A DNA stretch of 64,000 nucleotides from a virus (Duplodnaviria; Caudoviricetes), in the IMG/VR virus record IMGVR_UViG_2928716645_000002, positions 1 through 64,000 of that record; one strand, written 5' to 3'. Positions within the stretch are counted from its first letter, which is position 1, and each line of letters begins with the position of its first letter. A model generated the notes under the pieces. The model made no database searches. It saw only the letters and a program-made list of their open reading frames with translations, and was not told where the DNA came from. Both the position numbers and the translations under genes were made by a program. Below, piece by piece: positions 54,401 through 64,000 of the stretch.

Positions 54401-56086
54401 TTAGAGCACCAGGAGACCGCGGCGCTTGAGCACCGATGCGCCTGTTGCTTCAGGGTTGGTTGCCATGAACCAAGCAGAATCGAACATCGCCATGACCGGA
54501 TCGATCTTGGCGTCGCCGGCGGTCTGCTTCGTGGCGCGGATCGCGGTCGCGGTCGGCTCAATCTTCAGATTGGCGACGCACCAGTCCATCATTGCGCTCG
54601 GCGCGTGGCGGAGCGTTCCGCTCGCCAGCTTCCGCTCGCAGGTTTTGATGGCATTCATCATGCCGAAGCCCTGCGGCGCTCCGAAGAGAAGCTTGGCGTC
54701 GACCGTGACGCCGATCTCGTCGAGGGCGTCGGTGAACTCGCCGAGCCCCGCGGGGTCGACGGCAACGCCGCCGAGCAGTCCGCGATCCTTCACCAGCTTG
54801 ATGATGCGGACAATCCTCGACACGTCGTCGAGCTCGTCGTCGACGATCGTCAGATCTCCGGCATTCTCGAAGTCAGTGAGCCGCGGAGCGATTGCCGGCC
54901 TGCGATCGAGGACACCTCGGTGGCACCAAGCGTGAGACCAAAGCAGCCAATGTCGCGTAACCGCGTGCCTGCCCAGCAAACTCAGGCCGAAGAGGTCGTC
55001 GAGACCGCCGCCGTCCACGCCTGGCACGATCACGTCACAGACGCGAAACAGCGAGCGGAACGTGATCGCTTTGTCAGATCGGCGGGTCCAATATTCCGCC
55101 CCCGGCCAGCGATTGGCCCGGAGGTTCATTCCGATCTCGATGTTGAGATGCTTGGCGAGGAAGGTTCGAAGCGCGTCCTCGTTGCCGCGCTGGGCTTTGG
55201 TCAGTTCGCTCAGCAGCCATTCGGTGCTGACGGACAGTTCGAGGTTCGGGTTTGTGATCCGCCAGTTCGCTGGATCGAGGTAGGACTTGGCCTTGATCAT
55301 GAACTCCGGGAATTCGTAGAGCATCCCGAAGCTGGTCGGATCCACGATTTTGCCGTCGCGCACGTCGCGGAAGTAGTCGAGCTTCTCCTTGAACACGCCG
55401 GCCGGCGGCGCGTCAGACTGCGTCGAGAGATAAACGACGAAGCCTTCTTTCCTCGAGACCAGACCACCGGTCGCCTCCTGGAACATCGCCGCGGCGTTGG
55501 CGCGCTTGCCGAAGATCCAGAGCTCGTCGACGAGGACGAAGGCGGCCTTCTTGCCGCCGACGACGTCGGTATCGGCGGCGACAACCTTCAGGACCGCGTC
55601 CGTCGTCAGGTGTGTGATCTGACGGTAGTTGTCCTGGACGTGCAGCAGATCCCGCAGTTTCGGATGCAGCCTGACCATGGCTGCCGCCGGCGTGAACGAG
55701 TTGTTGGCGATCTCGATCGTCGGCGCCAGGATCAGCAGTTCCGCGCCGTGACGCCAGTTCCTGACCAAGGCCGTGACCATGATGCCGGCGGCGATCGTCG
55801 ACTTGGTGTTCTTCTTGCTGATCAGCAGGAAGAACTCACGGATGAGCCGTTTGGCCTGCTCGTGGTCGTAGGCGCCAAAGATCGTCCGGACGAAGTCAAA
55901 GACCCAGGGCTCGCAGACCTCGCCGAACGTTGGTTGCCGCGGCAGGTCGTAGATCTGCAGCGACTTGAACACCTCGAGCGCGGCATCCGCCTCGCTCGGG
56001 AAGAGCGGGTCGAAGGGGACGAGCGTGTCTCCCGCCACGACGCGCCTTTCCCAGTCGGGACAGGCGGTGGACCAGACCGGCGTCAT
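54401..56086 (-). CDS. terL: terminase large subunit
   Basis: WSTACPDW, ISKKNTKS Walker A, VDELW, VDGGGLDDL, KIDP. Confidence 0.93.
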   Translation of the reverse strand: MTPVWSTACPDWERRVVAGDTLVPFDPLFPSEADAALEVFKSLQIYDLPRQPTFGEVCEPWVFDFVRTIFGAYDHEQAKRLIREFFLLISKKNTKSTIAAGIMVTALVRNWRHGAELLILAPTIEIANNSFTPAAAMVRLHPKLRDLLHVQDNYRQITHLTTDAVLKVVAADTDVVGGKKAAFVLVDELWIFGKRANAAAMFQEATGGLVSRKEGFVVYLSTQSDAPPAGVFKEKLDYFRDVRDGKIVDPTSFGMLYEFPEFMIKAKSYLDPANWRITNPNLELSVSTEWLLSELTKAQRGNEDALRTFLAKHLNIEIGMNLRANRWPGAEYWTRRSDKAITFRSLFRVCDVIVPGVDGGGLDDLFGLSLLGRHAVTRHWLLWSHAWCHRGVLDRRPAIAPRLTDFENAGDLTIVDDELDDVSRIVRIIKLVKDRGLLGGVAVDPAGLGEFTDALDEIGVTVDAKLLFGAPQGFGMMNAIKTCERKLASGTLRHAPSAMMDWCVANLKIEPTATAIRATKQTAGDAKIDPVMAMFDSAWFMATNPEATGASVLKRRGLLVL

Positions 56087-56288
56087 TGCGATCGCGACGA
56101 CCGGTGCCGCCGGCGAAACTCTTTGTACCGGCCAGTTACGAGGGGCTCGGCGCGCCGCTTGCCACACCTGCTGGCGATGCCGACGGCCCGGTCAAGACGG
56201 CAATGTGGTAGGCGCCGCATGATCGCCATCGTGACGATGCGCGTCCCCGGGCGCTCGTGGTACGATCCCCGCCCGAGCGGCATGGCGA

Positions 56289-56750
56289 TTACTCGTTGAC
56301 CGCAGTGTTGTCGACGACCAGGCCAATCTTCGGCGGCTCCGGCGGCTGGAAGGCGCCTGACGCCGCGACGAGCTCAGCGGCCGCCTTGCGCTCGGCCTTT
56401 TTCCCAACCTTCTCGGGCTTCGGCGGCTGCAGCGGCGCCGGCGCCTGGCTGCCGGCACGCGCGAGATCGGACATCGCCTGCGCGGCCGCGGCCACGCGCG
56501 TCATCTCCTCAAGCTTTTTGATGCAGGTCGCGTTGCCTTTCTTGGCCTGCGTGTAGAGCATACCGACGACCTCGGCCCGCTTCTTGGCGACACCGGTCGC
56601 GATCTCCTCCCGGAACGACTTCACCAGCGTCGGGGTCGATATCCCGAGCGCTCGAGCGCAGTCGTCCTGGGACATCCCGCACGAGATCCACTGCTCAACC
56701 TTCGTGCGCTGCGTTTTTGTCGGCTTGAACGCCGGCCGCCCTCGGCCCAT
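56289..56750 (-). CDS. terminase small subunit-like protein
   Basis: GRPAFKPT; HTH ARALGISTPTL; GKKAERK; upstream of terL. Confidence 0.7.
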   Translation of the reverse strand: MGRGRPAFKPTKTQRTKVEQWISCGMSQDDCARALGISTPTLVKSFREEIATGVAKKRAEVVGMLYTQAKKGNATCIKKLEEMTRVAAAAQAMSDLARAGSQAPAPLQPPKPEKVGKKAERKAAAELVAASGAFQPPEPPKIGLVVDNTAVNE

Positions 56751-56804
56751 GCCGAAACTCCAATTTCTTTGCCAGTTTTGGCGTTCCGGCCGAATTTTCT
56801 GGCT

Positions 56805-56888
56805 GGCCAAAAAAAATTGCGGGAATGAGACCCCGTGCGGTAGGGGGTCCCGTCGGTTCCTAGACTTTCCGACCCCATACCCCCTTGG
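56805..56888 (-). other. putative cos / packaging region
   Basis: G-rich GGGGGTATGGGG...CCCC...ATTTTTTT just upstream of terS, as in HK97-like phages. Confidence 0.4.
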
Positions 56889-57503
56889 CCTCGAGCCGGT
56901 AGCGGCCATGGTGCATGCCGGCGCGTCGGTTGCGGGCTGGCGTCGGATTGGCTGGCGTTCAGCCTGGCCGAATAGTGTCAGCCCCTGCAGGCTATGTGCT
57001 GGCGCCGCGCCGCGCGCGGCAACCGCCCGCGCTCCAGTCTCGACTAGCTCGGTTGTGTGGTTGTGTCCTGTTGACGTGGCGGGCGCGCGCCGATCCGTCG
57101 GGCTATGCCGCACCGTGCGGCGCGCTGTCGCTTGGCAGTCCATCCCATGCGTCGGCGGCGCTGATGCAGCGCTCAACCCGGATGACCGGCAACACGATGA
57201 TGACTGCAGGTTGGCGCCGTTGTCGGCGGGCGCGGCGCGGTGCGGCGGGCTGTAGCTCGACTACCTCGCCCATGCCGCGCCCCTGACATGCGAAACCCGC
57301 CGAGGCGGTGCGGCCTGGCGGGCTTTGGATTGCAGCGACAATGCGTCACCGTGCTTGCTCTGAATCGGAAATTGAGTCGGCTGTCAAATCGCTGTTGCCC
57401 GGGTTGTCGGTGGATGATGGCGCCGACGGTGCGCCATGCCTCTCAATTCCGTGGTACTTGCCGGGCTAGATGACTGCGGCATAACTCAATCTTGAGGCGT
57501 CCA

Positions 57504-57815
57504 ATGATCGATACAAAGGCGAGTAAGGCAACAGCCAAGCGCAAGCCAGCGAGCCGGGCATTTGCATCCGCTGACACGTCACTGAGAATCAGCGCGGCCG
57601 AATTCCGGACCTGGCAGGAAGGCGCCGGGCTGTCGAATGCCGCAGCTGCCCGGCTGCTCTACGTGGCGGAAAACACGTTGGCACAATACCGCGCCAACGG
57701 CGCCGGTCCTGATATCGCCCGACAAATCTGGGCGATCATTGCAGGGATAAGGCCGGACACTGGGCGCCAACGCGCCGAGCTACTGGGCCGGATCAATGCG
57801 GCCCTAGACGGCTAA
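57504..57815 (+). CDS. HTH-like DNA-binding protein
   Basis: GLSNAAAARLLYVAENTLAQY. Confidence 0.55.
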   Translation: MIDTKASKATAKRKPASRAFASADTSLRISAAEFRTWQEGAGLSNAAAARLLYVAENTLAQYRANGAGPDIARQIWAIIAGIRPDTGRQRAELLGRINAALDG

Positions 57816-57957
57816 CGCCTCAATATTGCGATACCGACCCGGGCCAGCACAAACTTTTTTCGCAATTTTGCGTTTTGCCAGTTGACGGCCGCGCGAATAT
57901 CTGCGCATGTGCGCATCACCACGGCGCGATTGTGCGCAACTTCAAAGGCCCGGCGAA

Positions 57958-58122
57958 ATGATCCCCTTCATTTCCTTTTGCATCGCTAACCCGGCTTTCA
58001 CTCTGGCCATGCTCGCAGCGATCTATACCGCTTGCTGGGCCGCCCTTGCCCCCTTCCTTTACGCGCCCGCCAAGTCTCGGCGCCTTTCGATCCGGCGCCG
58101 TGCGCGCCGCGACCGCCGCTAG
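57958..58122 (+). CDS. small membrane peptide
   Basis: motif + SD upstream. Confidence 0.45.
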   Translation: MIPFISFCIANPAFTLAMLAAIYTACWAALAPFLYAPAKSRRLSIRRRARRDRR

Positions 58123-58133
58123 GAGCTAGGCAC

Positions 58134-58352
58134 ATGCGAACGAAGCAAACATTGAAAACCGGAACGCGCATTGAATTGCATGGCACGCCAGCAATCGGCG
58201 CCTTTCCCGCGGTCGCTCCGGAGAGCGCGACAATCGCGCAATGGACTGCGGCAAGCGGTCCGCTCATGCCGGGTTGGCATATCGTCAAGTTTTCCGATGG
58301 CGGAAGGCTTTGCATCCACGAAAACCGATTCCGGGTTATCGACAACCGCTAA
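58134..58352 (+). CDS. small hypothetical protein
   Basis: AGGAG SD. Confidence 0.55.
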   Translation: MRTKQTLKTGTRIELHGTPAIGAFPAVAPESATIAQWTAASGPLMPGWHIVKFSDGGRLCIHENRFRVIDNR

Positions 58353-58567
58353 CCCGTTCCACCGCGCAACTGTGCGCAACTGAAAAGGCCAAGCCCATGG
58401 AAGATTTTCTAGACTTCACCCTGTTTTGCATCGCGGCGGTTGCCGGGACGTTCATCATCTTCGCTTGCTGTCTCTGACGATTTGCAGCCTATGCCGTGCG
58501 CGTCACGGCATAACCGGCAAACCGCCGACCCGCGCAATAGTGCGCAACTCAAAAGGAAGTAACTGAA

Positions 58568-59446
58568 ATGACTGTCTACACCGCAACCGCCCGTTTCGAT
58601 GGTACCGCCCGCGCGCTCACCGAGAACGAATTGCGCAAGTTGGCGCCGTCGGTCTTCGCGGTCGACGCGCACCATTCGCGTTCGGAGCGTTTCCAGCCTA
58701 TCCCGACTTTCGACGTGCTGCGCGCGCTGATGGCGGAGGGCTTCCAGCCCGTCGGCGCGAAACAGAGCGTTGCCCGGCTCGATGATCGCCGCGATTTCAC
58801 AAAGCATCTGATCCGGCTCCGCCGTCTCGACAACGCCACGGCGTACACCGTCGGTGATACCGTCTGCGAAATCCTCCTCAAGAATGCGAACGACGGAACG
58901 TCCGCCTATGACTTGATCGCAGGCCTTTTCCGTGTCCGTTGCCTCAATAGCCTTGTGGCACAGGTCGGCACGGTCGAGTCCGTCAAGGTCCGCCATACCG
59001 GCTCCGCGCAGGATGTTTCGCACAAGGTGATTGAAGGCACCTATCGCGTGCTGGGCGAGGCTCAGAAGGCGCTGGCGGCGCCGCAGGACTGGGCGCGCCT
59101 GGCCCTCAACACCGACGAAAAGCAGGTGCTGGCGGAAGCCGCGCACGTTCTGCGGTTCGGTGACGCGGAAGGCGAAACCAGCACGCCGATTCAGCCCGCG
59201 CAGTTGCTGCAGCCGCGTCGCCGCGACGACGTCGCCGCCGATCTGTGGACCACGTTCAATGTGGTTCAGGAAAACGTCATTCGTGGCGGGCTGACGGCGC
59301 GCGGCCGCGACGCCAATGGCCGGCGGCGCCGCGTCACCACCCGCGCCGTTAACGGGATCGATCAAGACGTGAAACTGAACCGCGCCCTGTTCACCCTCGC
59401 CGCCAAGATGGCGGAGCTCAAGGGCGCCGCCCCGCTCGCCGCCTAA
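58568..59446 (+). CDS. DUF932-family protein
   Basis: APSVFA..H.SRSERF.PIPT, FTKHLIRLR, NANDGTSAY, RVRCLN, DLWTTFNVVQEN. Confidence 0.88.
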   Translation: MTVYTATARFDGTARALTENELRKLAPSVFAVDAHHSRSERFQPIPTFDVLRALMAEGFQPVGAKQSVARLDDRRDFTKHLIRLRRLDNATAYTVGDTVCEILLKNANDGTSAYDLIAGLFRVRCLNSLVAQVGTVESVKVRHTGSAQDVSHKVIEGTYRVLGEAQKALAAPQDWARLALNTDEKQVLAEAAHVLRFGDAEGETSTPIQPAQLLQPRRRDDVAADLWTTFNVVQENVIRGGLTARGRDANGRRRRVTTRAVNGIDQDVKLNRALFTLAAKMAELKGAAPLAA

Positions 59447-59749
59447 GCGATTGCAGCCCATGCCCGGGCTTGTCCCGGGCATGATCGGCAACCGCCGGCA
59501 ACCGCGCAATTGTGCGCAACTCGAAAAGGGAAAACTGCCATGAAGTATCGCCGCCACGAAACCGACCGCAAGCCCTGTGACAAGCGGACTCGCCGCGACG
59601 CGGTCCGCAACGGGAAGCGTGCTTACCTGAATTCCTGCCTGTGAGTACCGCTTCACTTTTGCGGCTTGTCCGCCTCTCATTCTTCGTCCGCGACGCTAGC
59701 GTGGTTATCAGCGTCGCAAGCATTCTCCTCATTCCCTAGGGAAACACCG

Positions 59750-60202
59750 ATGGAACTGAATAACCCTCATCTGCCGCGCAAAGGTGCCCGCGTCATGAAC
59801 GGCACCGATGATCGCGATTTGGGAGTCGTCATTGACGTCCGCGACAATCCCAACGGACCGGTACAGGTGAAATGGGACGGCGGAGAAACGGGTTGGCACG
59901 GCGCCGATGGTATCTATTTGGCGCGGCCGAACTCGTTTCTTTTCAACTGTTGCGCGGGCGACATCGCGCCCGATTGGTCGCAGTTCAAATCCCTGGAAAT
60001 CGGCGGGTGCGTCACCGAGACGGAAGAGAATGGCGACACGTTCACCATCGGCGGGAAGCCCGATAGTGAAGCCGAATTCTGGACGGTTTACGCCCGCCAC
60101 CATTCTGGCGAGGCGGAAGCGATCACGGATTGCAAAACCCGCGATGCGGCGGAATGCGCCGCCTCGCAACTGCGCGACCTTTCCCACCTTCCCATGACTT
60201 GA
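59750..60202 (+). CDS. hypothetical protein
   Basis: ORF with SD. Confidence 0.55.
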   Translation: MELNNPHLPRKGARVMNGTDDRDLGVVIDVRDNPNGPVQVKWDGGETGWHGADGIYLARPNSFLFNCCAGDIAPDWSQFKSLEIGGCVTETEENGDTFTIGGKPDSEAEFWTVYARHHSGEAEAITDCKTRDAAECAASQLRDLSHLPMT

Positions 60203-60293
60203 CGTTGCGACACTGCGCAGTGCCTGGCGCTGCGCAGCACGGAACGCCAAAGCGGACCAACGCGCGATTGTGCGCAACGAAAAGGACTCGGAC

Positions 60294-60497
60294 ATGCGAG
60301 GGATTTGGACTCTCTACGTTGACCAATACGGCAACCATTGGGGTGCCAGCACGGTGGCAGAGCTGCGCGCCAAGATCGGCCGCGGCAGGGTCGCCAAGAT
60401 GTATCGCGACAAGCCGCACGGCGGCGCCGTCCATTGCGGCTACATCGTTGGGCCGTATTGGTGCACGGCCTATCGGCCGGTTGAACTGGCCGCCTAG
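60294..60497 (+). CDS. small hypothetical protein
   Basis: motif + AAGGA SD. Confidence 0.55.
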   Translation: MRGIWTLYVDQYGNHWGASTVAELRAKIGRGRVAKMYRDKPHGGAVHCGYIVGPYWCTAYRPVELAA

Positions 60498-60559
60498 CGG
60501 CGCCGTTTCGAGACTTCACCCCGCGCGATTGTGCGCAACTGAAAGAGGAGCAATTCAAC

Positions 60560-61123
60560 ATGGCTTGGCAGTTCTATGACTTTTTCGACCATCCGACCAT
60601 CGAAGGGCCGTTGCCCGAAAAGCGCTGGATCAAGCACGCCAGCGACAAGCGACACAAGGTCCGCCACAGCTCGAAAGTCACCCGCTCCACCGGCGGCGTA
60701 TCCGCCAATGACCTGAACGAACGGCACACGCTCGAATATGCCCGCTGGCTGGCCCAGCGCGACGGGATCACTATCCCGCCCGGCTCCGAATATATCGTTC
60801 AGCGGGCTGACGTGAACGTCCCGGGCAGCAAGCCTCAATCCCGAATCCGCGCGGTCGAATTCGGCAAGCGGCGGACCACGCAAAGCGGCTACGGTCGCAG
60901 CGCCTGCACTAGGCACCATTGGGACGTCGCCGCCCGGATCGAAATTCCGAACTGGGATTGGCAACCCGCCGAACCGGTTGAGGAGATCATCCCGGAAGCG
61001 GTCCCGGTCCCGGTTGCGCCTTCCTTCAAGATCCCGGCGCGGATCCTGCGCACGTCTTGCCTTGTGCCCGTTCTGGCGCGTGTCCCGGTTGCGCCTTCCT
61101 GCGCAATCCGGCTTGCGGCTTGA
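60560..61123 (+). CDS. hypothetical protein
   Basis: motif + GAGGAG SD. Confidence 0.6.
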   Translation: MAWQFYDFFDHPTIEGPLPEKRWIKHASDKRHKVRHSSKVTRSTGGVSANDLNERHTLEYARWLAQRDGITIPPGSEYIVQRADVNVPGSKPQSRIRAVEFGKRRTTQSGYGRSACTRHHWDVAARIEIPNWDWQPAEPVEEIIPEAVPVPVAPSFKIPARILRTSCLVPVLARVPVAPSCAIRLAA

Positions 61124-61494
61124 TGGTGGCGCCGATGAAACGCCAGCAAGCTCCGACGTTCAGTCAGTTGTGCGACGCGCTGCAGTCGCGCCCCGCTCCG
61201 TGCTCGCAAGCCGAGTGGCGCGAGGCCTCAACCGCCATGCGCCTGGCCCGCCGCCATCCCGGCCGCGTCGGCAGGACCATCTATATCGAGTGCGGGACGT
61301 TCGCGCGGCGCGTTTACCTTGAAGCGACCTGGGGCGGGATGAATTGCTACAACGGCCCGCACCCGTTCGGTTATGTCAACATGATCGCGCATCACCGATT
61401 CATGTTCCAGCAGGGACTGCGGGAAGGCCGCGTTGCGGAGGCAAGACAATTTGCGGAGGCCTCGCGCCTCCGCGGTCCGGTGCCGCTGCCATGA
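61123..61494 (+). CDS. hypothetical protein
   Basis: TGATG coupling. Confidence 0.5.
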   Translation: MVAPMKRQQAPTFSQLCDALQSRPAPCSQAEWREASTAMRLARRHPGRVGRTIYIECGTFARRVYLEATWGGMNCYNGPHPFGYVNMIAHHRFMFQQGLREGRVAEARQFAEASRLRGPVPLP

Positions 61495-61697
61495 CGCGGA
61501 AGCCTCAACCCCGCAAACAGCGCTGCCCGTACTGCAGGCAGCTGCGGCCCTTCTACATGATCGCAGCGCACATCACCCAATGCGAGGCCCTACGGTAGGG
61601 TCTCGGCTACGGCCGATTTCCGCAGTGGATGACGTTCACCCCCGGCGGCGGCTGATTCCTAATTCGCGCGATAGTGCGCAAAGCGAAAGGATGACAC

Positions 61698-61895
61698 ATG
61701 CGAACAATCAAACCCGCGACGCCCGATAACGCAATTTGCCTCGGGAACGCGATAGAGGCGATGAAAAAGGCACGCCACTGGATGCGCGCGGCCGAATGCC
61801 CGAAGGCGCTCGAAGCGCTGCAGGAAGCGCTAAAAAGCGCGGAAGGTGCAAAGCGCCACATGCAACACCGGCTGAACCGCACCGCGGCCCGCTGA
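61698..61895 (+). CDS. small hypothetical protein
   Basis: motif + AAGGA SD. Confidence 0.55.
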   Translation: MRTIKPATPDNAICLGNAIEAMKKARHWMRAAECPKALEALQEALKSAEGAKRHMQHRLNRTAAR

Positions 61896-61941
61896 ATTCT
61901 TCCCCCTCGGCTACGGCTAATTTTGAAAGGAGATCACCTCA

Positions 61942-62844
61942 ATGAGCACAATCACGATTTGGACTTGCACCACCGAAGGCGACAACTGCGGGACCGAAAC
62001 GACGGTCCATGCCACGGAAGCCGCGGCGGTGGATTATGTGCGCGGGAGCCTGCGCGATATCCTCAAGCGGAACCCCGAGCGCCTGGCCGCGATCGAGGCC
62101 GCGACCGCAGAGAATATCGCGGAGCTCTGGGAAGACTCCGTTGACGGCCCCTGCATCATCGAAGAGCAGGCCGTTGCGTTGCCGCCGTTCGCGGTTGCAA
62201 TCTATGAAACTCGGCACGGCGACGAAACGCGACTCTACCCCAACAGCGACGCGGCGCGCGCCTGGCGCAGCGAGATCGCCGCCGAGAACTGGGCGGCACG
62301 AATGGACGAGGACAAACCAGCCGATCCGGACGAGGTAGCCGAAGCCTATTTTGAGCGCGTCGGAGAGATGCGCGGCGATTTCTTCCGGCTCGAGGAATTG
62401 GAGATTGTCGGCGGCACAGTCCCGGTTGCGCCTGCGCAGGATTGGCGCCAGATCGCGCGCGACCTGGCCGCCGCGCTCGACTCCTGCACCCATCAGATTG
62501 GCCAGATGCGCGGCATGTTCAGCGACGAGGACGGCACAATTTCGGGAGCAGTTTCCGACGCCGAAGACGCAGCCGCAGCCTACCGCCGGGCGGCCGCCGG
62601 CCTCCCGCCTGCGCCCGCGCCACAATTCATCGGACAGGATGACCGCGCTTGCGCGGAAGGCTGGGGGCTGTTCGAGAACAGCGACACCGGCAAACTGGAA
62701 ATTCAGGCCGACGCCGAGTCCTCAATCTTTGTTTGCGACGGCGTGAGCCACGACGACGAAGCCGAGGTCTTCGTAAAGACTCAGGCAGCCGCGGGCAGCG
62801 AGTACCACGCCTTGGCGCTGCTGCGCGTCGGTACCGCGCAATAG
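61942..62844 (+). CDS. acidic hypothetical protein
   Basis: AAGGAG SD; 300 aa. Confidence 0.65.
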   Translation: MSTITIWTCTTEGDNCGTETTVHATEAAAVDYVRGSLRDILKRNPERLAAIEAATAENIAELWEDSVDGPCIIEEQAVALPPFAVAIYETRHGDETRLYPNSDAARAWRSEIAAENWAARMDEDKPADPDEVAEAYFERVGEMRGDFFRLEELEIVGGTVPVAPAQDWRQIARDLAAALDSCTHQIGQMRGMFSDEDGTISGAVSDAEDAAAAYRRAAAGLPPAPAPQFIGQDDRACAEGWGLFENSDTGKLEIQADAESSIFVCDGVSHDDEAEVFVKTQAAAGSEYHALALLRVGTAQ

Positions 62845-62971
62845 TCCCGGCTACGATCGATTTTGCACCCCCGAGCTACGGCCGATTTTGCAAACACCGC
62901 TTGACAGATTCGGCCGACGCAAATTAGAGAACCAGCCCTGCGCGATTGTGCGCAAATTGAAAGGACGAGAA

Positions 62972-64000
62972 ATGCAGCATTCCGCCACCTATTCGCCCGA
63001 CGATAACAAGCTGCGCCTTTATCCGGCGCACCGCCTCGACGCCGAGGATTACGCGCGCGTGAAGGCCGCCGGCTTCAAGTGGGCGCCGCGTCAAGAACTG
63101 TTCGTCAAACCGACCTGGAGCCCCGGCGCCGAAGACTTGCTGATTGAGATGTGCGGCGAAATCGGCGACGAAGACACCACGCTGACCGACCGCGCCGAGC
63201 AGCGCGCGGACCGCTTCGAGGAGTACAGCGACAAGCGGCTTTCGGAAGCCAACCGCGCGCGCGAGGCCGTGGACCAGATCGCGGAGCGGTTTGCGATGGG
63301 GCAGCCGATCTTGGTCGGCCATCACTCGGAGAAGAGCGCGCGGCGCGACAAGGAGAAGATGGACGCCGGCATGCGCAAGGCGCTGAAGCTCTGGGACACC
63401 TCGAATTATTGGACTGCGCGCGCGGCCGGCGCAATCGCTCACGCCAAATACAAGGAACTGCCGGCGGTGCGTCATCGCCGCATCAAGACAATTGAGTCCG
63501 ACAAGCGGAAGTTGGAACGGCTGCAGGCGGACACTGAACGCCAGCTGAAGGCCTGGCAGATCGTCGCCGACATCACCGACCCGGAGAAGCAGCGCGCGGC
63601 CGGCTTGGCCGTGGCCAACGCGGGCGGCTTTTGGTCGATGTCGTTTCCGCTGGCGGATTATCCGCGCGACCCGCCGGCCTCGCAGTATGAGGGACCGATG
63701 GGGCTTTGGTCGGCGATTGACGGGAACGTCATCACCGCCGCGCAGGCTGCCGCTATCGCGATTCCGAGCCTGGAGCGGTCCGGGCCTTCGCGAGCCCGTT
63801 GGTTGGCCCACTATGACAACCGGCTGGCCTACGAACGCGCGATGCTGGCCGAACAGATCGGCGCCGAGGCCACCGCTAACCCGCTGGCCGACCGCTTCGC
63901 CTTCGCCGTCGGCGGTCAGATTCAGACGCGCCGCGGCGACGAGTGGCTTACGATTGTGAAGGTCAGCAGGGGCGCTAACGGTTCGGTTTCCAGCATTCAA
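62972..64000 (+). CDS. DUF3560-domain protein (3'-truncated by window; absent from ORF track)
   Basis: MQHSATYSPDDNKLRLY...GFKWAP...GQPILVGHHSEKSARR; motif + AAGGA SD. Confidence 0.82.
   Translation, partial: MQHSATYSPDDNKLRLYPAHRLDAEDYARVKAAGFKWAPRQELFVKPTWSPGAEDLLIEMCGEIGDEDTTLTDRAEQRADRFEEYSDKRLSEANRAREAVDQIAERFAMGQPILVGHHSEKSARRDKEKMDAGMRKALKLWDTSNYWTARAAGAIAHAKYKELPAVRHRRIKTIESDKRKLERLQADTERQLKAWQIVADITDPEKQRAAGLAVANAGGFWSMSFPLADYPRDPPASQYEGPMGLWSAIDGNVITAAQAAAIAIPSLERSGPSRARWLAHYDNRLAYERAMLAEQIGAEATANPLADRFAFAVGGQIQTRRGDEWLTIVKVSRGANGSVSSIQ

Larger units (their letters stand above)
57924..62957 (+). repeat. dispersed 19-bp start-associated motif CGCGC(G/A)A(T/C)(T/A)GTGCGCAA, 8 copies
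   Basis: copies near 57924, 58363, 58531, 59503, 60261, 60522, 61665, 62939. Confidence 0.9.

Noticed and set aside
57924-62957. CRISPR array or integron attC array
   Set aside because: Spacing is irregular and gene-sized; no cas or integrase gene in the window; no attC R-box pattern recognised.
1-64000. Integrase, att sites or firm prophage boundaries
   Set aside because: None recognised in the window, so a temperate lifestyle is only inferred from the cargo.

Overview
64 kb of a large, GC-rich tailed-phage or prophage genome (HK97-fold head, long non-contractile tail). The host is probably a Bradyrhizobium-like alphaproteobacterium; this is inferred from EcfG-type promoters, Ku/ligase cargo and an A73-type tRNA-His. 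From left to right: (1) 1-3.6 kb, small + strand genes including a RelA/SpoT-type HD hydrolase. (2) 3.57-15.83 kb, a minus-strand array of 38 tRNA or tRNA-like genes (read by eye; anticodons cover all 20 amino acids), interleaved with cargo: Ro60/TROVE plus three tandem Y RNA-like genes, a patatin + CD-NTase (type I CBASS-like) pair, an orphan HicB, a GIY-YIG protein and two HNH proteins. The array also holds non-canonical RNAs: two tRNA-Lys with long variable arms, a tRNA-Arg(ACG) lacking a D-arm, and two CCA-ended RNAs that are not tRNAs. (3) 16.7-22.9 kb, a stress/NHEJ cargo island (Ku, minimal ATP-dependent ligase, EcfG-like promoters). (4) 23-56.8 kb, the minus-strand late operon (terminases, portal, ClpP-type protease, capsid, tail tube, G/GT chaperone, tape measure, tail tip, fibre, endolysin), with an inverted three-gene envelope-modification cassette. 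(5) 57.5-64 kb, early-type small genes (DUF932-like, DUF3560-like), many preceded by a conserved 19-bp start-associated motif. All calls come from manual motif reading; no database or folding searches were run.
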